DNA of 13,664 bases from a candidate division WOR-3 bacterium (GTDB taxonomy: Bacteria; Hydrothermota; Tepidihabitantia; Tepidihabitantales; Tepidihabitantaceae): positions 1-13,664 of the forward strand of contig JBDRUH010000042.1 of the NCBI GenBank assembly GCA_039801225.1, read 5' to 3'. The notes beneath the pieces were generated by a model that was given only the letters and a program-made list of their open reading frames with translations, was not told the origin of the DNA and ran no database searches. Positions 1 to 7,408 of this stretch are shown one piece after another. Numbering within the stretch: position 1 is the stretch's first letter; each line of letters starts with the position of its first letter. The translations under genes were made by a program, and so were the position numbers.

Positions 1-1
1 A

Positions 2-277
2 TATTTGTCTTTGTTATTTGGTGCCCCGTTAATAATCGTTGGAGTTTGTGCACTAATACGCCGTTACAAGATCTGCTACCTCACCATAGTTATTTATTTG
101 CTGGTTCACACAATAGTAATAGTGTTGGGACTCTTGTGGAAAGTCATAGGGTTTTTATCTCTAACCGCTGCACAAATACCGTTATTAGTTGGACTCTTGG
201 TTTATTTTAGTAACCGCAAGCATATGTTTAATTGGGTCCGAGTCCCTGAGAAGGTAGAAAACAATGAGGAAATATAG
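2..277 (+). CDS. Hypothetical multi-pass membrane protein, 5'-truncated by the window edge
   Basis: The frame is open back to position 2, so TTG at 5 is probably not the start. About three hydrophobic segments (LLFGAPLIIVGVCALI; ICYLTIVIYLLVHTIVIVLGLL; FLSLTAAQIPLLVGLLVYF). Stop TAG at 275-277. Confidence 0.6.
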   Translation, partial: YLSLLFGAPLIIVGVCALIRRYKICYLTIVIYLLVHTIVIVLGLLWKVIGFLSLTAAQIPLLVGLLVYFSNRKHMFNWVRVPEKVENNEEI

Positions 278-331
278 GTTTATGGTCATGTTTTCCTTAC
301 ACACAAATTGGTTAAGAGCTGATATATAACT

Positions 332-1114
332 ATGGCTTTTAAGTTTAATGGTAAGGTTAGTGGAGATACTTCGGACTTATTGATTTACGTCGGTCTGCAT
401 TTTTTGCTTATCCTGGTGCTTATTAGTGTAGTAACCTGCACATCATCAGAAGAACGGAGGCAGATGGACAGGAGTTATGCACCGTTAGAAAAAGTTCATA
501 CTAACAAGAGCAAAGAGACACCAATAACCATTCCTGCCGATGTAGCTGAGCGCATGCTTGCGGAAGTGCGCAAACTTAAGGCTAAAAGAAAGAATGCCCA
601 AGACACCATGAGTTCCGAAGCCATCCCTGCCGTGGAGAAAAAAAAGAAGCGCATGATTCCTCGCAAGGTTGCGGAAGAGCTTCTCTCTGTAGTTCTACCC
701 AAAATACCTAAAAATGGATATGTCTGGCGTAATCATAAACGCGAGGAAATTGCCCCTTTTCGAATCGTTACATCCCCAAGCGGTTACTACTACTATTATT
801 GTAAACTATTCAATTTAAAAAGGGACACATGGACTTTAGCAGTGTTCATTCATCCTGGCAAAAGTATCTCGTTAGAGGTCCCGGTAGGTTCTTATGAACT
901 AAGATATGCTGTCGGTGATACATGGTATGGAAGAGAACATTTATTTGGACCTCGGACTTCTTACTATAAAGCTGAGGCTGTTTTACATTTTCAAATTGTA
1001 GGTAACCGAGTTTCTGGTTATGAAGTGCAATTGTACCCTCAACCATATGGCAATCTACGAACCCGCTCAATTTCTCCTAATGAATGGGGAAGTGATGAGC
1101 AAGGAGGTGAATAG
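332..1114 (+). CDS. Hypothetical membrane-anchored protein with a beta-rich C-terminal domain
   Basis: 260 aa. N-terminal TM helix (LLIYVGLHFLLILVLISVVTC), a charged linker, then a globular domain (APFRIVT...YYCKL...VFIHPG...VPVGSYELRYAVGDTWYG..HLFG...GNLRT) that I recognise as a recurrent uncharacterised bacterial domain. Confidence 0.8.
   Translation: MAFKFNGKVSGDTSDLLIYVGLHFLLILVLISVVTCTSSEERRQMDRSYAPLEKVHTNKSKETPITIPADVAERMLAEVRKLKAKRKNAQDTMSSEAIPAVEKKKKRMIPRKVAEELLSVVLPKIPKNGYVWRNHKREEIAPFRIVTSPSGYYYYYCKLFNLKRDTWTLAVFIHPGKSISLEVPVGSYELRYAVGDTWYGREHLFGPRTSYYKAEAVLHFQIVGNRVSGYEVQLYPQPYGNLRTRSISPNEWGSDEQGGE
1101..1110 (+). promoter_or_regulatory. Shine-Dalgarno sequence for the 1118 CDS
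   Basis: AAGGAGGTGA lies 7 nt upstream of ATG 1118, inside the 3' end of the previous gene. Confidence 0.8.
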
Positions 1115-1117
1115 ATT

Positions 1118-1807
1118 ATGCCTTTTCCGAAAATTAAAAGGGGTAGCAGCCTACATTGCTTCTTCTGTAATTCAATAGTTGAGGAGACCGCCACAGTATG
1201 TCCGAAATGTGGGAAAAAATTAAGCGATGTCATTAAAATATCAACAATGCCATCCTCAACAGCATCATCGTCATTCGCTATTAAGCCCCCGAAAGTCATG
1301 CTACCAAAAATTCTTTATTTGGGTGTTACATCTATCCTGTGGATAACAGGGGCAGTATTAATAGCATACGGAAACCTAAAATCCTACCCAAGCCCAGATT
1401 TGGCAGCTGTAGGGCTATTTTTACAAATTGGTGTACTCCCGCTTTTCCTCATTTGTTTATACAGAGCTTGGAAATCAATAGATGATGGGCTCGCACGAAC
1501 CACACCTGGCCGTGCGGTTGCTTATCTCTTTATACCCTTCTTTAATATTTTCTGGCTCTGGCAATGCACAGTTGGGTTTGCCAAGGATTATAACGCATAT
1601 TGTGAACGCTACAAGTTGCCTCTCCCAAAACTTAAGAGCGGACTGTTCGTAATTTGGTTTTTTTTATCTTTATTTTACGTACCTGTAATGATATTCTCCC
1701 TTGCTAGTTTTGTTGTTACAGCATTCGGAATTATAGTATATCTTTTTACGCTTCTGATGCTTAATGCCGTATGTGGTGCGGTTAATAAACTTGCATCGCT
1801 TCCTTAG
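1118..1807 (+). CDS. Zinc-ribbon plus DUF4328-like membrane protein
   Basis: N-terminal CxxC-x10-CxxC (CFFC...CPKCG). 4-5 TM segments. Motif YRAWKSI...TTPGRAVAYLFIPFFNIFW is typical of DUF4328/DUF4234-like proteins. Strong SD. Confidence 0.8.
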   Translation: MPFPKIKRGSSLHCFFCNSIVEETATVCPKCGKKLSDVIKISTMPSSTASSSFAIKPPKVMLPKILYLGVTSILWITGAVLIAYGNLKSYPSPDLAAVGLFLQIGVLPLFLICLYRAWKSIDDGLARTTPGRAVAYLFIPFFNIFWLWQCTVGFAKDYNAYCERYKLPLPKLKSGLFVIWFFLSLFYVPVMIFSLASFVVTAFGIIVYLFTLLMLNAVCGAVNKLASLP

Positions 1808-1828
1808 TTGGTGCAAAAGGACACATCC

Positions 1829-1856
1829 GGATTTCTCCACTTCGGTGGAAATGACA
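1829..1856. repeat. REP-like hairpin, possible terminator between convergent genes
   Basis: GGATTTCTCCACTTCGGTGGAAATGACA: stem TCCAC/GTGGA with a C(TTCG)G loop, extendable by ATT/AAT. It shares the GGATT...AATGACA ends with 3042-3067 and lies between stops at 1807 (+) and 1886 (-). Confidence 0.6.
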
Positions 1857-1885
1857 TTGTCTGAACAAGTCAGCGTGTATCAATC

Positions 1886-2884
1886 CTATCGTCTCTTTCC
1901 ATCCCACTGCTCAAATATGAACCGGGCGAGTTGGCGCAATAGAGCCGTGTTGTGTTTGGGGCGGGCGCAGGTCTTTAGATTATACTCAACCCTTTTTGTC
2001 CTCTCTTCAGAATCGGGCGGATATTTTTGGGCAATGTTTAGGAAACTGTTGATGAACGCCCGGTAGTTGCCCAAATCCACCTTAGAAACACCCTGTTGAG
2101 TCAATAGTTTGATCGCACCATCAATTATCGGTGCCGAACGCCTTTGAAACTCCGCCAACTCCTTTAACCTTTCCTGTTGCCGCTCATAACGGCACAGCCA
2201 CTCGTCACTGACAACCCTTTTCCTTGCCGGGCGTGCCAATACCATTTCCGCCTCCTCTATCGTCGGCAATCTGTAAAGTTCTCCCGCCTTTTTCAGGCTG
2301 ATAAAAACCTGGGTAACAACACCCTGCAGGTGTTCAATAAGTTCCTCGGGCAGACCCTTTTCCCTTTGCCTTTTCTTTAGCCTCTTCACCCTCTTTTCAA
2401 GAGCAGTTCCCTGCCCTTTTCCCTCCTGGACAAGGATGCGGAGTAAACTCCGGCAGAACCTGACCGCATTCTTGCGCAAAGAGGTGAAAGGCGGAACTTT
2501 CAGCCGGTTAAGTTCATTGTGGACTGCCATCTCAAGTTTCTGGAGTAAATTTACCATTGCCGCCTCGGCACGCATTCTCTCAATTTCTAAATCCCTTTTT
2601 CTTGGTCTTGGTCCCCGGCTTTTCTTTTCCGGAACCGGCAAAGGCTGGCAAAGGTATTTGGCAAAGATGCTTTTTAGGTCCTCAGGGGTTGCCTTGCAGG
2701 CACGCAGATAGTCAAGGATGAGTTTCAAGGATGGGTTGGCAATGCGCCCGTGCTCAAGTTGGTAGATTCGGCTTTTTCTGTCACGGCATTTGAGACCGAT
2801 GGCACCAGCAACCTGGTCCTGAGTCAGCCCAGATTTCAGCCTGAGTGCACGCAGTTCGGCAAAAAGTTCTGCGAGCGGCTTCAC
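1886..2884 (-). CDS. XRE-family helix-turn-helix protein with two C-terminal helical repeats
   Basis: aa 4-70 match HTH_XRE (LRALRLKSGLTQDQVAGAIG...IYQLEHGRIANPSLKLILDYLRAC). The remainder is basic and helical, with an internal repeat at aa ~113-198 and ~250-327. GTG start. Confidence 0.85.
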   Translation of the reverse strand: MKPLAELFAELRALRLKSGLTQDQVAGAIGLKCRDRKSRIYQLEHGRIANPSLKLILDYLRACKATPEDLKSIFAKYLCQPLPVPEKKSRGPRPRKRDLEIERMRAEAAMVNLLQKLEMAVHNELNRLKVPPFTSLRKNAVRFCRSLLRILVQEGKGQGTALEKRVKRLKKRQREKGLPEELIEHLQGVVTQVFISLKKAGELYRLPTIEEAEMVLARPARKRVVSDEWLCRYERQQERLKELAEFQRRSAPIIDGAIKLLTQQGVSKVDLGNYRAFINSFLNIAQKYPPDSEERTKRVEYNLKTCARPKHNTALLRQLARFIFEQWDGKRR

Positions 2885-2890
2885 AAATTA

Positions 2891-2918
2891 AGTGTATATA
2901 AAAATACACAAATTACAA
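2891..2918 (-). promoter_or_regulatory. Putative sigma70 promoter of the XRE gene (leaderless) with an overlapping palindromic operator
   Basis: Minus strand reads TTGTAA (2918-2913) - 16 nt - TACACT (2896-2891) - 6 nt - GTG start (2884), with no SD. Palindrome GTGTAT-N6-ATACAC at 2892-2909. Confidence 0.55.
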
Positions 2919-3041
2919 CCCTGATGTTTTAACCTATCCCTCGCAATTTAGTAACTTAGTTAGGAGACAGTTTTTGACAGGGGGCAGTTCCCCGGTTAAT
3001 TCTGAATTTCCTCTATAATTTCGTTAAATAAGGCATCAGTA

Positions 3042-3067
3042 GGATTCACGGCTCCGCTTGAATGACA
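3042..3067. repeat. Degenerate REP-like hairpin
   Basis: GGATTCACGGCTCCGCTTGAATGACA: ATTCA/TGAAT arms and the same ends as 1829-1856. Followed by G and a T6 run. Confidence 0.5.
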
Positions 3068-3152
3068 GTTTTTTAAAATGCAAACCTATGCCCTGAGTCC
3101 AAGTGCAAGGTGATTGTTTCGCTAAGTCCTGCTCAGAACCAAAGGCAAGTTA

Positions 3153-3210
3153 GTGTTTCGTCACTACGCTCTTCACAAAGACAGGCGGACGAGAGGCTCG
3201 GAATGATGGG
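3153..3210. repeat. Further decayed REP-like remnants
   Basis: GTGTTTCGTCACTACGCTCTTCACAAAGACAG (3153-3184) and GCTCGGAATGATGGG (3196-3210). They resemble the widespread ...TTCGTCGCTTCGCTCCTCGCAATGAC and ...GCTCGGAATGAC repeat types (consensus recalled from memory). Confidence 0.35.
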
Positions 3211-3260
3211 GCGAGGAGTAAAGGTTTGCCCTGATTATATGATTATAGAATTTTATGGTC

Positions 3261-4394
3261 TTACTTCATCACTTCTGATTTGGCAAAGGAACGGTCAAGC
3301 CGGAACTCACTTATGTCAATAGAACTCCTGCCAGTGGTAATCATTTCTGCCAGGAGGTCGCCCAATGCCGGACCGAACATAAAACCATGCCCGCTCATTC
3401 CCGCTGATACATAAAACCCTTCAACCGGTGTAGGACCACATATAGGGTTGCCATCCGGTGTCATCTCGTAAGAACCCGCCCACTGTCGCAGGACTTTGAC
3501 TGAAGCCAACTTGGGCAGAAGCCTGACCATCCTTCTCGGCATCTCAGTGATAAACTCATCCGAGGCATCAGTCCGATGCCCTGAAACGATCGGCACCGGA
3601 GTATAACAGCCAAGAAAATGACCGGTTTTATAATGCTGGACAAAGTAGCAGCCATCCTTGCGGTAATCTACCAGCATCGGCTCAAGACACCGTTCAACCG
3701 CCTCAGTTACCAGCGCCTCATGACGGTCAGGTTCAACCGGGACATTAACATTGGCAAGTCTGCCAATCTCTTTTGCCCAGGGTCCGGCAGCATTCACTAT
3801 TACGGGCGCAAAAATCTCCTCTCCTTTGTTAGTAACAACTGATATGACCCGGCTGTTTTTCACATTGATTTTCTTCACCTCGGTGTAGACAAAAACCTTT
3901 GACTTTAACCTCTTCATCTCCTCAAGATAGCCATAGGTTACCTTGAACGGATTCGCCTGGCCATCGGTTGGACACCAGGCCCCACCCAATAGACCTTCAG
4001 AAGCAAGACCGGGGACAATCCGACAGCACTCATCAGGTGATATAAATTCAACCTTTAGCCCATATCTTCTTTGTATTTCAATCGCTTGAAGAAACGCCCT
4101 TTTTCGCTCCTCATCAAAGGCAAGAAAGAGATAGCCACCAGCATACCATTCAATATCTCTATTCAGTTCCTTATCAAGTTCTTGAAACATCTTGATACTT
4201 TTCAGCATTACCCGAATTGTTAAATCATGGGTAAATTGGGCTCTGATTCCACCGATGCAACGACCGGTTGAGCCGGAACAGGGAAAGTTCCTTTCTAAGA
4301 GAAATACTCTCAAACCCTTTTTTGAAAGATAATAACCGGTAGCCGCACCGATTATGCCACCGCCAATAACAATCGCATCAGCGGTCTTTTTCAT
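3261..4394 (-). CDS. FAD-dependent amino-acid oxidoreductase (DAO family; dye-linked L-proline dehydrogenase beta / sarcosine oxidase beta-like)
   Basis: Rossmann motif AIVIGGGIIG, plus GSTGRCIGGIRAQF, DGQANP, WAGSYEMTPDGNPICG and GMSGHGFMFGPALG. Start moved to ATG 4394 (MKKTAD), which follows AAGGAGG. Confidence 0.92.
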   Translation of the reverse strand: MKKTADAIVIGGGIIGAATGYYLSKKGLRVFLLERNFPCSGSTGRCIGGIRAQFTHDLTIRVMLKSIKMFQELDKELNRDIEWYAGGYLFLAFDEERKRAFLQAIEIQRRYGLKVEFISPDECCRIVPGLASEGLLGGAWCPTDGQANPFKVTYGYLEEMKRLKSKVFVYTEVKKINVKNSRVISVVTNKGEEIFAPVIVNAAGPWAKEIGRLANVNVPVEPDRHEALVTEAVERCLEPMLVDYRKDGCYFVQHYKTGHFLGCYTPVPIVSGHRTDASDEFITEMPRRMVRLLPKLASVKVLRQWAGSYEMTPDGNPICGPTPVEGFYVSAGMSGHGFMFGPALGDLLAEMITTGRSSIDISEFRLDRSFAKSEVMK

Positions 4395-4686
4395 TTTCCT
4401 CCTTGCGATATGACCCAAGTAACCCCAAGGGTAAAGGCTTCAATGGCGGTCTTGATGTGGGAAAACTCTGTCTGGCAACCGGAATGCCGGTCTCTTCTTC
4501 AATCAATCGGGCAATAAGTTTTAAGCACCCTCTACCGCCGCAATGTCCCATTCCGGTTCTTAACACCCGCTTCAACTCTTCAAGGGTATGGTAACCTGCC
4601 CTGATCGTCTCTCTCACCTCTTTCTCAGTAACCTCTTCGCATCGGCAGACTATCACTCTTTCTGCCTTTCGCACCCTTTTTCTCAT
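4378..4686 (-). CDS. BFD-like (2Fe-2S)-binding protein (proline dehydrogenase delta/PdhX-like)
   Basis: IVCRCEEVT...LEELKRVLRTGMGHCGGRGC...SRPPLKPL. ATGA overlap with the sppA stop. Confidence 0.88.
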   Translation of the reverse strand: MRKRVRKAERVIVCRCEEVTEKEVRETIRAGYHTLEELKRVLRTGMGHCGGRGCLKLIARLIEEETGIPVARQSFPTSRPPLKPLPLGLLGSYRKEENEKDR

Positions 4687-6875
4687 TGCCGGTACAGGTT
4701 AAAAATAAACTCTCTCAATTGCTGGGATAATAAACTTGCCAGACCGAATTTCGCTCGGGGATAAAAAACTATCTCGTAATCTTTCCCCAATTTTGCTTTT
4801 TTTCGGCAGAACTCAATCGCCTCAAAGAATCCGGCTAAGGAGTCCACGAGCCCTATCCGGCTGGCGTCTCTGCCCAGCCATATCCTGCCCTGACCAACCG
4901 AGTCTATTCTTTCTACGGGCAGATTTCTGCCCCGGGCGACCTTTTCCACAAACTGCTGATAAAACCAGTCAATTTGACTCTGAAAAATTGAGTCCTCTCT
5001 TGGTGTTAACTCGCGGGCATCGGAAAAGACATCGGCATGTTCACCCCTTTTTACCACCTGCCGCTTTATCCCTAATTTGTTGTAAAGCCCCTCGGTTACC
5101 ATTCTAATGTCAAATACGCCGATTGAACCGGTTACCGTTCCGGGTAAGGCAAAAATTTTATCGGCATTGCAGGATATGTAATAACCACCTGATGCCGCCA
5201 TACCGCCCATAGAAACCACCACCGGTTTTTTCTTCCGGGTGAGTTCTATCTCCCGCCAGATGATATCCGAAGCCACACCATCACCCCCTGGCGAGTCAAC
5301 CCGGAGCACAATCCCTTTAACCTTTTTATCCTCGCGCGCCTCACAAAGCGCCCGACAGATTGTTGTGGAACCAACCCATTTTTCACCCGTAAGGAAGTTT
5401 GTCCCCGATTCACCTTGAACAATGCTACCGGCGGCATATATTACCGCTATCTTTCCCAACTCATCCCACCGCCCGCTAAACTCTTTTGTCTTTCTTATCC
5501 CCTGCTCTTTTATCGCCTGATAGCCTCTAAACTCCTTTTTAATAAGTGAATCAAGCTCATCTTCGTAACCGATGGTATCAATCAGACCGGCATTTTTTGC
5601 CTCCTCAGCGCTAAAGAATGCTATTCCCACCAGACTCTCCATCTGTTCTTCCTTTATCTTCCGCCCGGCAATAGCGCCTTGAATAAACTCCTCATACAGC
5701 CCATCAACCAGCGCCTGCAACTGCTCCCGATTCGGCACGCTCAAAGACTCCTCGGTGAAAACCTCAACCGCACTTTTATATTTGCCGTGACGATGAACCT
5801 CGGGCTTTATCCCCAACTTTTCCAGCGCCCCTTTCAAAAAAATTGATTGGGTTGCAACTCCAGGAATAATGACCCCTCCCATTGGATGAAGTATAATCCG
5901 GTTTGCACCAGCCGCGATATAATAACCAAGCATACCCAAGTTCTGGGCATAAACCCACAACCATTTTCCCTCAGCCTGAAACTCGGTGAGCGCCTTTTTT
6001 AACTCCTGCGCTTGGGCAAAACTCATATCTTCACTTTTTAATTTCAATACCATCCCCTTAATTGACCTTTCCTCCTTTGCCCTACTCAGCACCTTTAGTA
6101 ACTCGTAGGTTGTCCTCACCTGGTGCATTCCTAACAGGCTAAACCCGGGCTTCTCTTCAACCACCGGAAGAGAAAGTTCCAATCTTAGAAACCTTTTTGG
6201 TTCCAAAAATAGGTTGCGATGCCTTTCTTCGCTTATCCGCAGATAACCGCCTGCTTCTCTTGGGGCGTTTGCCCCAACCGCACCAAGCCCAAACCGCTCC
6301 AGATTTACCGCCATTTTAGCACAAAAATTAAATTCATTCCCAATAATTTTAAATCTCGTTGCCACCTGAACACCTGCCACCGGCTCCACCTGAAAACCAA
6401 CAAATGGCTGAACCGGGTTAAGATAGGCTTCAGTGAAAAATGTTAGCCTCGGACCAATTGGTCTCAACCCGAGACCAACACCAACCCTTCCCCAGTCCTG
6501 ATTTAACCCCTGCCAAACCCCTCCCAAGGAAAGCCATCCCCAGGGTCTAACCATTGCACCAAGCGACCACTGAGTAACGCTATCCCGGACAAAACGCACT
6601 CCAGCAAGAATGTTATCCTCTTTCAAACCCAGTGCGGCACCGTAACGCAACGGTCTGGGTTCTATGAAGCCGGCTAACTGACCGAGACACAAAACAAAGG
6701 AACTGTTATTAACCAATGGCTGGCGGTAAAAGTTATAGAGATAGTAAAACTCCCACCCTTGATTGGCTCCTAAACCTGCCGGGTTGGCAAATAGACTAAG
6801 ACCATCATCGGTTGTGGCAATTGACAAAGGCATCTGAGGTGTAAGACCGAGAAAAAAAATTAGAACCAAACCCAT
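4683..6875 (-). CDS. sppA: Signal peptide peptidase SppA (protease IV, tandem S49 domains) with an N-terminal beta-strand-rich extension
   Basis: GKYKSAVE (catalytic Lys region), LRVDSPGG, KPVVVSMGGMAASGGYYIS (catalytic Ser), TVTGSIGV, GQGRIWLG..A...GLVD. An extra ~215-aa N-terminal region precedes these. Confidence 0.93.
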   Translation of the reverse strand: MGLVLIFFLGLTPQMPLSIATTDDGLSLFANPAGLGANQGWEFYYLYNFYRQPLVNNSSFVLCLGQLAGFIEPRPLRYGAALGLKEDNILAGVRFVRDSVTQWSLGAMVRPWGWLSLGGVWQGLNQDWGRVGVGLGLRPIGPRLTFFTEAYLNPVQPFVGFQVEPVAGVQVATRFKIIGNEFNFCAKMAVNLERFGLGAVGANAPREAGGYLRISEERHRNLFLEPKRFLRLELSLPVVEEKPGFSLLGMHQVRTTYELLKVLSRAKEERSIKGMVLKLKSEDMSFAQAQELKKALTEFQAEGKWLWVYAQNLGMLGYYIAAGANRIILHPMGGVIIPGVATQSIFLKGALEKLGIKPEVHRHGKYKSAVEVFTEESLSVPNREQLQALVDGLYEEFIQGAIAGRKIKEEQMESLVGIAFFSAEEAKNAGLIDTIGYEDELDSLIKKEFRGYQAIKEQGIRKTKEFSGRWDELGKIAVIYAAGSIVQGESGTNFLTGEKWVGSTTICRALCEAREDKKVKGIVLRVDSPGGDGVASDIIWREIELTRKKKPVVVSMGGMAASGGYYISCNADKIFALPGTVTGSIGVFDIRMVTEGLYNKLGIKRQVVKRGEHADVFSDARELTPREDSIFQSQIDWFYQQFVEKVARGRNLPVERIDSVGQGRIWLGRDASRIGLVDSLAGFFEAIEFCRKKAKLGKDYEIVFYPRAKFGLASLLSQQLREFIFNLYRQ

Positions 6876-6884
6876 CGTTTTATC

Positions 6885-7397
6885 CTAACGGTTTAATCTA
6901 ATACTACGGACGTCATTCCAGAACCGTTTGGGAATCGCAATGGTAACAACCATTGTCCCCTTTCCTTTTGCTCTCCGTTCACCATCTATTACCTTTATCA
7001 CCCGGGCGTTACAAACCTTTTTGCCACTTCGGTCAAGAGCAAAAACCTTCTCGCCTATTTGCGGTATAGGAAGAAACTCATAGGGCAATGCCACTGACGC
7101 CTCCTTCTCCGAATAGGCATAATTTATAACAAAAATTGCCAGCCCTGGGCAGCGGGCAACACAAATACCACAACCGTTGCACTTAAAAAAGTCTATTTTC
7201 GGTGTTGCGGTCAGACCGCCCTCAATGGTAATCGCCTTTCTTGGACAGGCGTAGGCGCAGGGGTCACAGGGAATATTTTCAATACACTCAACGATTACCA
7301 CCGGTCCCTTCTTAAGCCGTTCTAAAGGAGGCACCAGCCCCATACTCTTTAACTCAGATTTACTTACCACGCCGGTTACTTGGTATCTTTTTAACAT
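6885..7397 (-). CDS. 2x[4Fe-4S] ferredoxin-domain protein (proline dehydrogenase gamma/PdhF-like)
   Basis: ECIENIPCDPCAYACP and CNGCGICVARCPGLAIF, plus C-terminal LPYEFLPIP..GEKV.ALDRSG. Start moved to ATG 7397 (170 aa) because the longer ORF overlaps the upstream gene. Confidence 0.88.
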   Translation of the reverse strand: MLKRYQVTGVVSKSELKSMGLVPPLERLKKGPVVIVECIENIPCDPCAYACPRKAITIEGGLTATPKIDFFKCNGCGICVARCPGLAIFVINYAYSEKEASVALPYEFLPIPQIGEKVFALDRSGKKVCNARVIKVIDGERRAKGKGTMVVTIAIPKRFWNDVRSIRLNR

Positions 7398-7408
7398 AAT
7401 GACTGGTA

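Noticed and set aside
301..331. ACACAAATT at 301-309 matching the XRE upstream repeat, and TATAAC just before ATG 332
   Set aside because: A 9-mer match in AT-rich DNA can arise by chance, and the -10-like hexamer is only 1 nt from the start codon.
785..799. Tyr5 run (TAC TAC TAC TAT TAT) and A9 run at 637-645 as phase-variation sites
   Set aside because: The Tyr codons are mixed and in frame, the A-run lies in a Lys tract, and the ORF is intact.
2974..3019. Perfect TTGACA (2974-2979) and TATAAT (3014-3019) on the + strand
   Set aside because: They are 34 nt apart, so they are not one promoter, and there is no credible downstream gene. An sRNA promoter cannot be excluded.
2919..3260. Possible riboswitch, tRNA or other ncRNA in the largest non-coding gap
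   Set aside because: I recognised no cloverleaf or known consensus. An Infernal/Rfam search would be needed.
3110..3322. 70-aa + strand ORF in the intergenic region
   Set aside because: It runs through REP-like remnants, overlaps the oxidoreductase 3' end antisense, and has no recognisable motif.
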